NCBI GenBank assembly: GCA_045653945.1
Contig: JAZOML010000066.1
Span: forward strand, 9,900-73,899
DNA from: Eubacteriales bacterium
GTDB taxonomy: Bacteria > Bacillota > Clostridia > Oscillospirales > CAG-272
DNA: 64,000 nucleotides
Direction: 5' to 3'
How positions within the stretch are numbered: position 1 is the first letter of the stretch; each line of letters begins with the position of its first letter. The notes under the pieces are model-generated. The model was not told the DNA's origin. It made no database searches and worked only from the letters and a program-made list of their open reading frames with translations. Of this stretch, positions 54,274 through 63,957 are shown in pieces. The position numbers and the translations under genes are program-made.

Positions 54274-54285
54274 ATTGATGAGTTT

Positions 54286-55731
54286 TTATTTTTTGTCCTT
54301 GTTTCTCATAGCAACACCCTGAAGAAGCTTCCAATCAAGCTCGGTGTAGAAGGGAGAAGAGGGGGCTTGAGCAGGAGCTTCCTGCTTGGGCTGTTCAACG
54401 GGCTCGGGATTATCGGGGGCAATGATAGCCTGAGGAATAGGCAAATCAATGGCCTGCGGCTCATCTGGCTCCTCGTTGACATCAATTATCTCAGGGAGGT
54501 CGGTTGCAGTAGCAACGGGCACCTCAAACGGAGCCTTGACTGGCTCGATGTTTTTTAACTTGGGAGTGCCTTTTTTGGTCGCAATAACGGTAATTTCGAT
54601 TTTATCGCCTATACTTGGGTCAAATTTGATACCCCATATAATTCTTGCGTTGGGCGCCGCTTCTGCGCCTATTTTCTTTGCCGCCTCGTCAATTTCGTGT
54701 AGAGGAACGTCATTTGCGATAACGCTGATAATCATACCGTCAGCCTCGTTGATAGAGGTTTCAAGAAGCGGACTGTTGATAGCAAGATGTGCTGCTGCCA
54801 TAGCCTTTCCGGGGCCCTCGGCAACACCGATACCGATGTGTGCATCACCTGCATCGCGCAGGGTTGTGAGAACGTCTGCAAAGTCTAGATTTATGTAGCT
54901 TTCATCGTTAATTATACGGCAAATGCACTGAACACTCTTAATGAGTATTTCGTCGGCGGCATCAAATGCATCCTGCATTGAAAGAGGCTCTTCCGATAGG
55001 GTGAGGAGCTTTTCGTTTGGAACAACGATAACTGCATCGCACCACTGACGAAGCTTGTTAATACCGTCTTCAGCCTGTGCCATACGGGTAGCGCCCTCAA
55101 ATGCAAACGGCTTTGTAACAACGGCAATGGTAAGAATGTCCATTTCCTTTGCTATTCTTGCGATAACAGGTGATGCACCTGTACCTGTGCCGCCTCCCAT
55201 ACCTGCGGTGATATAGAGTAGGTCGGTGCCTTGGAGCATTCTTCTTATAACCTCGTGGGATTCCTCGGCAGCCGCACAACCCTTTTCGGGGCAGGAGCCT
55301 GCGCCGTAGCCTCTAGTTGTTAGACGTCCGATAGCAACCTTTTTCTTTACGGGAGAGGAGCGAAGAACGGGAATATCTGTGTTAACCACAACCATTTCAG
55401 CGCTCTTTTCACCGTTTCTATACATACGGTTAACGGCATTACAACCGCCACCGCCTACACCGAATACCTTTATTTGTACGGCGTTTCTTGAAAAATCGTA
55501 GGTTTCGAGGTCAAATTCATCCCACCCCTCGATAAAGCCTTCCGGACGCTCCTCATTTGCTGCGGGAACAGGCTTTGGAGCAGCAACAGGCTCGCTTACA
55601 GGAAGCTCGTCTATCGGAGTCTGAACAGGCTTTGCAGCTTCCTCGGAAACGGGTGGCTGTATAGGTGTGGAAAAGGGGATTGTGGGAGATCCAAATCCTG
55701 TGGGAGGATTGCTGAAATTATCTATATACAT
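54286..55731 (-). CDS. ftsZ: FtsZ tubulin-like GTPase with an N-terminal Pro-rich extension of about 85 aa
   Basis: 481 aa. [13 protein letters not shown] (T1), [14 protein letters not shown] (T4) and NLDFADV (T7). RBS GAAAGGA 7 nt before ATG 55731. No in-frame ATG, GTG or TTG close to the conserved core. Confidence 0.9.
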   Translation of the reverse strand: MYIDNFSNPPTGFGSPTIPFSTPIQPPVSEEAAKPVQTPIDELPVSEPVAAPKPVPAANEERPEGFIEGWDEFDLETYDFSRNAVQIKVFGVGGGGCNAVNRMYRNGEKSAEMVVVNTDIPVLRSSPVKKKVAIGRLTTRGYGAGSCPEKGCAAAEESHEVIRRMLQGTDLLYITAGMGGGTGTGASPVIARIAKEMDILTIAVVTKPFAFEGATRMAQAEDGINKLRQWCDAVIVVPNEKLLTLSEEPLSMQDAFDAADEILIKSVQCICRIINDESYINLDFADVLTTLRDAGDAHIGIGVAEGPGKAMAAAHLAINSPLLETSINEADGMIISVIANDVPLHEIDEAAKKIGAEAAPNARIIWGIKFDPSIGDKIEITVIATKKGTPKLKNIEPVKAPFEVPVATATDLPEIIDVNEEPDEPQAIDLPIPQAIIAPDNPEPVEQPKQEAPAQAPSSPFYTELDWKLLQGVAMRNKDKK

Positions 55732-55811
55732 TTTAAGTCCTTTCTACCTCTGATGAGCGAGGCACAAGAGCGATAAATATTAAAATAAGACAAAATAATG
55801 CCATTAGTATT

Positions 55812-55840
55812 ATTATACAGTATTTTTTTGCGAATTGCAA
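55812..55840 (-). promoter_or_regulatory. Sigma-A-type promoter (TTGCAA-17-TATAAT) for ftsZ
   Basis: Minus-strand hexamers at 55840-55835 and 55817-55812 with a 17-nt spacer. Confidence 0.6.
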
Positions 55841-55902
55841 GAGTTATTTTTATCTTTTTAAAATTTCATAGAAAATTCATAATTCTCTTTTAAGGACAGT
55901 TT

Positions 55903-56487
55903 TTATAGGACGATAAATGTCGAATTGAGGTGCTTTTTTTCGATAAAATTTCTCTTCAAAAAGAAGAAATATTCGGTTCTTACCGCAAGTAAATTCAGTG
56001 AATACCATTTTGCGTTGATAAAGCGGTCCGAACATACAACGATTACAGGAGCGCTGTATTCCGAAGCCATAAGCTTTGCGCACCTCAGAAACAGTTTGTC
56101 GTTAGAAGCGGAAAATATGCTCTCTCGTGTAATAAAAACGGTTACGTTTTGCTTAGTAACAAGCCATTTTTTTATACTTTTTCGCATTGAAAAATGCTTT
56201 ATAATACACACTGAAACGTATATTGAAAAAGACAGTAAAACAACTGGTAAAACAAGGATTATACAGGTAAAAATCAACAGTAAAACTGCGCTTTTTTCAA
56301 GCAAGGCAACAGTGAACGCAATCGCACGTATTATACCGGAAATCAAGGTGTATTTTCGCACTCCCTTGTAGACGGAAAGCACGTATTTCCACAAATCTCC
56401 CCGACGGATTTTATTGAACAAAAAGATGGGATAGCTCCTGCTTTTTAGGTATTCATTATCGTTAATTATCACGCGAAGTTTCTCCAA
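55903..56487 (-). CDS. Hypothetical membrane protein (2 TM), AT-rich
   Basis: 194 aa ORF with a TTG start and no clear RBS, so the start is uncertain. Two adjacent hydrophobic helices (IIRAIAFTVALL..., LLLIFTCIILVLPVVLLSFSIYVSV). No family recognised. Confidence 0.45.
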   Translation of the reverse strand: MEKLRVIINDNEYLKSRSYPIFLFNKIRRGDLWKYVLSVYKGVRKYTLISGIIRAIAFTVALLEKSAVLLLIFTCIILVLPVVLLSFSIYVSVCIIKHFSMRKSIKKWLVTKQNVTVFITRESIFSASNDKLFLRCAKLMASEYSAPVIVVCSDRFINAKWYSLNLLAVRTEYFFFLKRNFIEKKHLNSTFIVL

Positions 56488-56531
56488 AAAAGTTAAAATT
56501 TAAATATAGTATAAACAAATTTTCGCTATAC

Positions 56532-56560
56532 TTGACAAAAGAAAAGAAAATGTTTATAAT
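56532..56560 (+). promoter_or_regulatory. Sigma-A-type promoter (TTGACA-17-TATAAT)
   Basis: Perfect hexamers at 56532-56537 and 56555-56560, upstream of ATG 56594. Confidence 0.7.
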
Positions 56561-56593
56561 ATTTTTTAGTAATATTTGAAAGGACAGTGTAAA

Positions 56594-58648
56594 ATGCCTG
56601 ATATAAATAATAGCAATTACGGCGACCACAGCATAAGCAGTCTTAAAGGAGCGGACAGAGTAAGACAAAAGCCTGAGGTTATCTTCGGCTCGCGCGACCT
56701 TGAGGGCTGTATCCACGCATTTTTTGAAATACTCTCAAACTCCGTTGACGAGGCAAGAGCGGGTTTTGGTAAGGTTATAAACGTTACTGCTTTTAATGAC
56801 CGTTCAATTCAGGTTGAGGACTTTGGACGAGGCGTTCCGCTTGGCTACAACGAAAAAGAGAAGAGATGGAACTGGGACCTCATTTTCTGTGAGCTCTATG
56901 CAGGCGGCAAATATAAGGGCGCAAAGGATAGCGCAAATTACGAATACGCACTCGGTACAAACGGACTCGGTGCTTGCGCTACGCAGTACGCATCGGAGTT
57001 TATGCACGTAAAGTCCTACAACGGAAAAACCGTATCCGAAATCGACTTTGCGGTTGGTGAACCTCAGGGTGAGCTTAGAGTGAGAGAAATCGGACGCGGC
57101 GAGAAGAAGACGGGTACTATTATTCACTGGCGTCCCGATAACACAATTTTCACCTCGATAAGAATTAAAAAAGAACGCTTTATGGATATTATGAAGCGTC
57201 AGGCTGTCGTAAACAGCGGAATTAAGTTTTGTCTTAAATGGCAAGAGGAGGACGGCAGCTTTACCGAGTACGAATATTATTATGAGCAGGGTATAGTTGA
57301 CTACGTTAAGGAGCTTGCAGGTGAGAAGACCGATACCGAGCCTGTTTTCTGGGAGGAAACTGTTACGGGTATAGTAAGTAACGCAGGCGATGGAGATGAC
57401 GGAGAGGACAATGACGACGAGGATACCTCCACAGGCGAGGAATATAAGCTCAAAATGTCGGTATCATTCTGTGTTACCGCACATAATAACACTCACGAAT
57501 ACTACCATAACAGTAGTTATCTTGAGCACGGTGGCTCTCCTGATAAGGCAGTACAAACCGCATTCCTTTATGCAATTGATAAATACTGCCGCGATAACAA
57601 TAAGTATAACAAAAACGAAAGTAAACCAACGTATAAGGATATTTTTGACAGTATTGTAATAGTAACAAACTGCTTTTCTAATATTATTTCCTACGAAAAT
57701 CAGACTAAAAAAGGTATATCCAATAAGTTTATTCGTGTGGAAATGACGACTTTCTTTAAGAAATACCTTGAAATCTACTTCACTGAGCACCCGGCAGATG
57801 CCGAAAAATTTGCTATGAGAGTGCTTATTAACAAGCGTAGCCGCGAACAGGCTGAAAGCACCAGAATCAGTATTAAGAAAAAGCTGACAGGTAATATTGA
57901 TATAGCCAACAGAGTAGAAAAGTTCGTACCTTGTAGCTCTAAGGACCCCGAGGTAAGAGAGCTTTACATTGTTGAGGGTGATTCTGCTATGACGTCGGTT
58001 AAGCTTGCAAGAAACGGTGATTTTCAAGCAATAATTCCCGTAAGAGGTAAAACTCTTAACTGTCTTAAGAGCTCTTATGAGAAGATTTTTGCGAGTGATA
58101 TTATAACTGACCTTATTAGAGTTATAGGGTGCGGAGTTGAAGTTGATAAAAAAATTAAAGGGGATATACCTCGCTTTGATCCGGATAATATGCGCTGGAG
58201 CAAAATCATAATTTGTACTGATGCCGACGAAGACGGTTTCCAGATAAGAACACTTCTTTTAACTCTTATTTATAGACTCATGCCCTCTCTTATTCCGATG
58301 GGAAAGATTTATATTGCGGAGTCGCCTTTGTTTGAAATAAACGCAAAGGTAGGTGGAAATGAGGAAACTTACTTTGCGTATGATGAAAGAGAAAAGATTC
58401 AGATACTCAAAAAGCTTGAGGGTTGTAAATATGTAATGCACCGTTCAAAGGGACTTGGTGAGAATACCGCACAAATGATGCGTCTTACCACAATGCATCC
58501 TGCAACCCGTCGTCTCATAAAAGTTACTGAGGCAGATGCACTTGAAACTGCAGAAATTTTTGACACGCTTCTTGGCGATAATCTTGTTGCACGTAAGGAA
58601 TATATTGCCGTAAATGGTAGCAAATATATGTCGGATGCGGATATCTGA
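56594..58648 (+). CDS. Divergent type IIA topoisomerase B-subunit (GyrB/ParE-like), no A subunit adjacent
   Basis: Start at ATG 56594. GHKL ATPase motifs EILSNSVDEA, DFGRGVP and GTNGLGAC. QTK loop. Toprim motifs IVEGDSA and CTDADEDG. RSKGLGE. Acidic insertion GDGDDGEDNDDEDTSTGEE. Confidence 0.8.
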   Translation: MPDINNSNYGDHSISSLKGADRVRQKPEVIFGSRDLEGCIHAFFEILSNSVDEARAGFGKVINVTAFNDRSIQVEDFGRGVPLGYNEKEKRWNWDLIFCELYAGGKYKGAKDSANYEYALGTNGLGACATQYASEFMHVKSYNGKTVSEIDFAVGEPQGELRVREIGRGEKKTGTIIHWRPDNTIFTSIRIKKERFMDIMKRQAVVNSGIKFCLKWQEEDGSFTEYEYYYEQGIVDYVKELAGEKTDTEPVFWEETVTGIVSNAGDGDDGEDNDDEDTSTGEEYKLKMSVSFCVTAHNNTHEYYHNSSYLEHGGSPDKAVQTAFLYAIDKYCRDNNKYNKNESKPTYKDIFDSIVIVTNCFSNIISYENQTKKGISNKFIRVEMTTFFKKYLEIYFTEHPADAEKFAMRVLINKRSREQAESTRISIKKKLTGNIDIANRVEKFVPCSSKDPEVRELYIVEGDSAMTSVKLARNGDFQAIIPVRGKTLNCLKSSYEKIFASDIITDLIRVIGCGVEVDKKIKGDIPRFDPDNMRWSKIIICTDADEDGFQIRTLLLTLIYRLMPSLIPMGKIYIAESPLFEINAKVGGNEETYFAYDEREKIQILKKLEGCKYVMHRSKGLGENTAQMMRLTTMHPATRRLIKVTEADALETAEIFDTLLGDNLVARKEYIAVNGSKYMSDADI

Positions 58649-58740
58649 TCTGCTAAAAATCTCGTAATACTTTTCCAGACCTTGACATACATTAAACGTT
58701 AAACCTAAAACCGAATTTTGATATTTATAGGAGAAAGCAA

Positions 58741-61686
58741 ATGCTAAATATCGGACTTGATATAGGCTCAACAACAATAAAAAGCGCCGTTCTTGATGAA
58801 AACGGTAACTTGGTATACAGTTCATATGAGCGCCATTTTTCCGAGGTTCAAAGTAAGGCGGTTGAGCTTCTTGAAAGAATAAAACAAGAGTTTTCGCTTT
58901 TGGATAGCGAGCGGGTTAGAATATGTATTTCTGGCTCTGCAGGTATGGGTTTTGCCGAGGACATTGGATTCCCATTCGTGCAGGAGGTTTATGCGACCAG
59001 AACCGCAGTTTTAAAGCATAATCCCGAAACAGATACCGTTATTGAGCTTGGCGGCGAGGACGCCAAAATACTCTTTTTAACGGGAGAGGAAAGTGGGGAA
59101 AAGGAGCTCGAGGTCAGAATGAACGGTACCTGTGCAGGTGGTACGGGAGCGTTTATCGACCAGATGGCTACACTTCTCAATATAACTCCCGATGAAATGG
59201 ACGAGCAGGCTAAGTCATATGAGAAAATATACGTTATCGCCTCACGCTGTGGAGTTTTCGCAAAGAGCGACATTCAGCCGCTTTTAAATCAAGGCGCAAG
59301 AATTCCCGATATATCCGCGTCAATTTTTTATGCGGTTGTTAATCAGACGGTGGCAGGACTTGCACAGGGAAGAGTTATCAAAGGTAACGTGCTTTACCTT
59401 GGAGGACCGCTTACCTTCCATACTCAGCTTCGAACCGCATTTGACTCCACACTAAAAATAAAGGGACTTTGTCCCGAGAACTCTATTTGCTACGTTGCAA
59501 TGGGCGCGGCTCTTGCACCGCAGGACAAAACCTTTGAAATAGGTAAAGCTCTTGAAGCGGTCAGAAACAGACACGCATCGGGGGCATATAAGTCTACTGA
59601 GGCGCTTTTTGAAAGTGAAGAGGAGTATAAGGAGTTTACCGAGCGCCACGCTCTTGATAAGGTTGAAAGAGGCGATATTGCCGATGCAAAGGGTGGAGTG
59701 TACCTTGGTATAGATGCAGGCTCAACCACGCTTAAATGTGCGGTTATAGATAAGGACGGCAGACTTCTTCACTCTGTTTATATGCCTAATAGTGGAAATC
59801 CTGTTCCGATTGTATTAAACTTCTTAAAGGAGCTTTACGAGGTAAATCCCGATATTAAAATTCTCTCGTCTGCTTCAACCGGCTACGGAGAGGAAATTAT
59901 AAAGAACGCATTCGGACTTGATACAGGAATAGTCGAAACCGTTGCCCACTTTTATGCGGCAAGACACTTCAAGCCTGAGGTTGATTTCATACTTGATATA
60001 GGCGGTCAGGATATAAAATGCTTTAAAATAGCCAACGGTGCTATTGATAACATATTCTTGAACGAGGCTTGTTCATCGGGCTGTGGCTCGTTTTTGCAGA
60101 CCTTTGCAGGTGCGCTCAAATATAGTATAGCCGACTTTGCAAAGCTTGGACTTTTTGCAAAATCTCCCGTTGAGCTTGGCTCACGCTGTACGGTCTTTAT
60201 GAACTCGTCGGTAAAGCAGGCTCAAAAGGACGGCGCAACCATAGATAACATATCAGCAGGACTTTCAATGTCGGTTGTTAAAAATGCACTCTATAAGGTT
60301 ATCAGAGCGACCACAAAGGACGCATCAGTTTCCCTTGGAAAGCACATAGTCGTTCAGGGTGGCACCTTCTTTAATGACGCCGTTCTGCGCGCATTTGAGA
60401 AGGAAATCGGGATGAACGTTGTCCGTCCCGATATAGCGGGTCTTATGGGTGCATACGGTGCGGCTCTCTACGCAATGGAGAAAGCGCCCGAAAAATCTAC
60501 AATCCTTGACCTTGATGAGCTTAACGCATTTACCCACGAGGTGAAGGCTGTAACCTGTAAGGGATGTACAAACCACTGTAAGCTAACAGTAAATACCTTT
60601 ACTACCCAAAACGGTCAGTCAAGAAAATTTATAGCGGGTAACCGCTGTGATACCCCCGTAAGCGGTAAAAAGAGTGAGGGTGAGGAGCTGAACCTTTACC
60701 AGTACAAGCTTGACTACCTTAATGCTCTTGAAAGCAAAGCAGGCAAAATGGGCAAGATAGGTATTCCGCTCGGACTTAATATGTATGAGCTTCTTCCTTT
60801 CTGGCACACAATGCTAACTGAGCTTGGCTTTGAGGTCGTAGTATCTCCCGCATCTAACCGTAAGCTTTACCTTGACGGTCAGCAAACAATTCCCTCGGAT
60901 ACCGTTTGCTTCCCTGCAAAGCTTATTCACGGTCATATTGAAGCACTGCTTAAAATGGGTGTAGATACAATCTTTTATCCCTGTATGTCTTATAATATTA
61001 ACGAGGGACTTGGCGATAACCACTATAATTGCCCCGTAGTTGCATATTACCCCGAGGTTATAAGAGCAAACGTAAGAGAGCTTAAAGAAAAGAAATTTAT
61101 TTCCGATTACGTAGGTATTCACCGCCCCGATGACTTTGTCAAAAGATTCACCGAGATAATGAATAAGCACTTTGACGGCGCATTTACCGTAAAACAGGTT
61201 AAAGCAGCTGCAAAGAAAGCTTTTGCAGCTTATGATAAATATCTTTCCGACGTTAGAGAAAAGGGAAAGGAATATATAGCTAAAGCAAGAGAGCAGGGAA
61301 AACAAATAATTGTCCTTGCAGGCAGACCATACCACATAGACCCCGAAACCAATCACGGTATAGATAAGCTTATTTGCGGACTTGGTGCGGCAGTTATAAC
61401 AGAGGATAGCGTAAGCCACGAGATGGAAAAATTCAAGGTTGGCGTCCTTAACCAATGGACGTATCACTCACGCCTTTACGCCGCGGCTAAATACATAGCC
61501 GATAAGCCCGATATGAACCTTGTTCAGCTCGTATCCTTCGGTTGCGGACTTGATGCCGTAACAACCGACGAAACAAGAGCAATACTTGAAGATGAGGGCA
61601 AGATTTACACGCTCATAAAAATAGACGAGATAACCAATCTCGGAGCGGTCAAAATAAGACTTCGCTCACTGTTTTCGGCGATATAA
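58741..61686 (+). CDS. Double BcrAD/BadFG/HgdC-type activase (two ASKHA ATPase modules) fused to a dehydratase-like (DUF2229-type) domain
   Basis: 981 aa. Module 1: DIGSTTIK, NGTCAGGTG, ASRCGVF. Module 2: DAGSTTLK, NEACSSGCG, GSRCTVF. A CKGCTNHC cluster follows, then a C-terminal domain with VCFPAKL and NCPVV motifs. Confidence 0.8.
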   Translation: MLNIGLDIGSTTIKSAVLDENGNLVYSSYERHFSEVQSKAVELLERIKQEFSLLDSERVRICISGSAGMGFAEDIGFPFVQEVYATRTAVLKHNPETDTVIELGGEDAKILFLTGEESGEKELEVRMNGTCAGGTGAFIDQMATLLNITPDEMDEQAKSYEKIYVIASRCGVFAKSDIQPLLNQGARIPDISASIFYAVVNQTVAGLAQGRVIKGNVLYLGGPLTFHTQLRTAFDSTLKIKGLCPENSICYVAMGAALAPQDKTFEIGKALEAVRNRHASGAYKSTEALFESEEEYKEFTERHALDKVERGDIADAKGGVYLGIDAGSTTLKCAVIDKDGRLLHSVYMPNSGNPVPIVLNFLKELYEVNPDIKILSSASTGYGEEIIKNAFGLDTGIVETVAHFYAARHFKPEVDFILDIGGQDIKCFKIANGAIDNIFLNEACSSGCGSFLQTFAGALKYSIADFAKLGLFAKSPVELGSRCTVFMNSSVKQAQKDGATIDNISAGLSMSVVKNALYKVIRATTKDASVSLGKHIVVQGGTFFNDAVLRAFEKEIGMNVVRPDIAGLMGAYGAALYAMEKAPEKSTILDLDELNAFTHEVKAVTCKGCTNHCKLTVNTFTTQNGQSRKFIAGNRCDTPVSGKKSEGEELNLYQYKLDYLNALESKAGKMGKIGIPLGLNMYELLPFWHTMLTELGFEVVVSPASNRKLYLDGQQTIPSDTVCFPAKLIHGHIEALLKMGVDTIFYPCMSYNINEGLGDNHYNCPVVAYYPEVIRANVRELKEKKFISDYVGIHRPDDFVKRFTEIMNKHFDGAFTVKQVKAAAKKAFAAYDKYLSDVREKGKEYIAKAREQGKQIIVLAGRPYHIDPETNHGIDKLICGLGAAVITEDSVSHEMEKFKVGVLNQWTYHSRLYAAAKYIADKPDMNLVQLVSFGCGLDAVTTDETRAILEDEGKIYTLIKIDEITNLGAVKIRLRSLFSAI

Positions 61687-61704
61687 GGAAAGGAGAATTT
61701 TGCG

Positions 61705-62979
61705 ATGAAAGAAATAAAAAGCCACGTAAAAGCACCCCTGCCCTTTACCCCGAAAATGAAAAAGGACTACAAAATACTTGTTCCCGATATGCTCCCCGTA
61801 CACTTTTCCATACTTATTCAGGTTATGAGAAGCTACGGCTATGATATAGAGCTGCTAAAAAACGTTGGTCCTACTGTGCAGGAGGAGGGATTAAAATATG
61901 TACATAACGATACCTGCTACCCTGCACTTTGTACGATAGGTCAGATGATAGATGCTCTTAACAGCGGGAAATACGACCTTGACCACACTGCGGTTATGAT
62001 AACCCAAACGGGTGGCGGCTGCCGAGCATCGAACTATATACACCTGCTTAGAAAAGCTATGATAAAGGCGGGTTATCCCAACGTGCCTGTAATTTCGCTT
62101 AATATTTCGGGACTTGAAAAGGGAAGCAGCTTTAAGCTCACACTTCCGATGCTCGTTAAAATGCTTTGTGCGCTTTGCTACGGCGACCTTATAATGCTCC
62201 TTAAAAACCAGATAGAGCCTTATGAAACCGAAAAGGGTGCGTCAGAGGCGGTTGTTGAAAAATGGACGAAGGAAATCGCCGCACAGCTTAATAAGGGCAA
62301 GGGCTGGACAACCAAAGCCTTTGATAAAAATATGCGTGCCATAGCCGCCGATTTTGTGGCAATTGAGCGCAACGTTACTCCTAAGGTTAAGGTTGGTATT
62401 GTAGGTGAGATTTACGTTAAATACTCCTCACTTGCCAATAATGACCTTGAAAACTTCCTACGCTCGCAGGACTGCGAGGTTAACGTGCCGGGTATTATGT
62501 CCTTTATTTGCTTTAAAATTGATAACCGAATTGAGGATATCAAGCTCTACGGAGGTAATCCAATAAAGGATAGGGTATGTAAATTCCTGCTCAAGCTCGT
62601 TAAAAAGATAGAAAGAGTTATGCATAACATACTTTCAGAATATCCGCAGTTTGAAAAGCCCTCAACGTACGAGGAGCTAAAAGAAATGGTACAGGGTGTT
62701 ATCGGCTACGGCGCAAAAATGGGCGAGGGTTGGCTTCTCACCGCCGAAATGGTGGAGCTAATCAAAACAGGCTACGGTAATATCGTATGCGCTCAGCCGT
62801 TTGGCTGCCTGCCTAACCATATAGTAGGTAAGGGTATGATAAGAAAGCTGCGAGAGCTTTATCCAAAGGCTAATATCGTGCCAATAGATTATGACCCCGG
62901 CGCAACAAGAGTTAATCAGGAAAACCGTATCAAGCTTATGCTTGCGGTAGCGGCGGAAAGAATAGGACAAGAGGACTGA
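61705..62979 (+). CDS. 2-hydroxyacyl-CoA dehydratase-family (HgdB/DUF2229-like) protein
   Basis: 424 aa. Motifs NDTCYPALC, GGGCRASNY, AQPFGCLPNH. Follows the activase gene after an 18-nt gap. Confidence 0.7.
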   Translation: MKEIKSHVKAPLPFTPKMKKDYKILVPDMLPVHFSILIQVMRSYGYDIELLKNVGPTVQEEGLKYVHNDTCYPALCTIGQMIDALNSGKYDLDHTAVMITQTGGGCRASNYIHLLRKAMIKAGYPNVPVISLNISGLEKGSSFKLTLPMLVKMLCALCYGDLIMLLKNQIEPYETEKGASEAVVEKWTKEIAAQLNKGKGWTTKAFDKNMRAIAADFVAIERNVTPKVKVGIVGEIYVKYSSLANNDLENFLRSQDCEVNVPGIMSFICFKIDNRIEDIKLYGGNPIKDRVCKFLLKLVKKIERVMHNILSEYPQFEKPSTYEELKEMVQGVIGYGAKMGEGWLLTAEMVELIKTGYGNIVCAQPFGCLPNHIVGKGMIRKLRELYPKANIVPIDYDPGATRVNQENRIKLMLAVAAERIGQED

Positions 62980-63944
62980 TGTATAAATCCTACACAATAG
63001 GAGTAAACGATGCGGACCAACGCCTTGATAAATTTCTGACGAAAACCGTCAAGGCGCTACCGCAGTCAATGCTCTATAAAGCACTCCGTACCAAAAAAAT
63101 TAAGGTTAATCGCAAAAAAGCCGAGCCAAATCAAAGACTTGCGTTAGGCGACGTGGTTGAGCTGTACTTAAAGGACGATTTTTTTGCAGGCGATACGCCC
63201 GAAAAATCCTTCCGAACACTGAAACCAAGCCTTAATATTGCCTACGAGGACGAGAATATAATAATATGTAATAAACGCCCCGGACTTATTGTCCACTCCG
63301 ACGATAACGAGGACGTTAATACCCTGATAAATCATATTCAGGCGTATCTATACCAAAATGGTGTATATAACCCCGATACGGAAAATAGCTTTGCGCCTGC
63401 GCTTTGTAACCGTATAGATAGGAATACGGGCGGACTTGTAATAGCGGCCAAAACGGCGGCGGCTCTTCGCTTTATGAACGAAAAAATAAAGAACGACGAG
63501 CTTACAAAAATGTACGTTTGTGCCGTTCACGGCGTTCCTGAAAAGAAAAAGGATACCCTTTACGGATACCTGATAAAGGACGGCGACGCAAACCAAGTTA
63601 CCGTCTATAAAACCAAGCCAAATGCAAAGGACGTCAAAACCATAATCACCAAATATAAGGTACTTGCGGTAAAGGACGGAAACGCACTTTGCGAGGTTGA
63701 GCTTGTAACGGGTAGAACGCACCAAATCCGTGCCCATATGGCATCAATCGGACACCCCCTGCTTGGCGACGGCAAATACGGTGTAAACCGTGAGGATAAG
63801 AAAAAGGGCTATAAATTCCAAGCCCTGTATTCCCGTTATATCCGCTTTGATTTTAAAGAGGAAAACGGCGATTTTGAATACTTAAACGGCAAAGAAATCC
63901 AGATACCGATGCAGGATATTTGGTTTACACACGACTTTTTATAA
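62979..63944 (+). CDS. RluA-family 23S rRNA/tRNA pseudouridine synthase with an S4 domain
   Basis: 321 aa. RLDKFL S4 N-terminus, catalytic-Asp motif NRIDRNTGGLV, and TGRTHQIRAH. The start overlaps the upstream stop (TGATG). Confidence 0.9.
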   Translation: MYKSYTIGVNDADQRLDKFLTKTVKALPQSMLYKALRTKKIKVNRKKAEPNQRLALGDVVELYLKDDFFAGDTPEKSFRTLKPSLNIAYEDENIIICNKRPGLIVHSDDNEDVNTLINHIQAYLYQNGVYNPDTENSFAPALCNRIDRNTGGLVIAAKTAAALRFMNEKIKNDELTKMYVCAVHGVPEKKKDTLYGYLIKDGDANQVTVYKTKPNAKDVKTIITKYKVLAVKDGNALCEVELVTGRTHQIRAHMASIGHPLLGDGKYGVNREDKKKGYKFQALYSRYIRFDFKEENGDFEYLNGKEIQIPMQDIWFTHDFL

Positions 63945-63957
63945 GGGAGAAAACCAA

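Noticed and set aside
54226-54558. 110-aa plus-strand ORF downstream of groES
   Set aside because: Its 5' part spans the ftsZ terminator hairpin, and the rest is antisense to the ftsZ C-terminal linker. It has no RBS.
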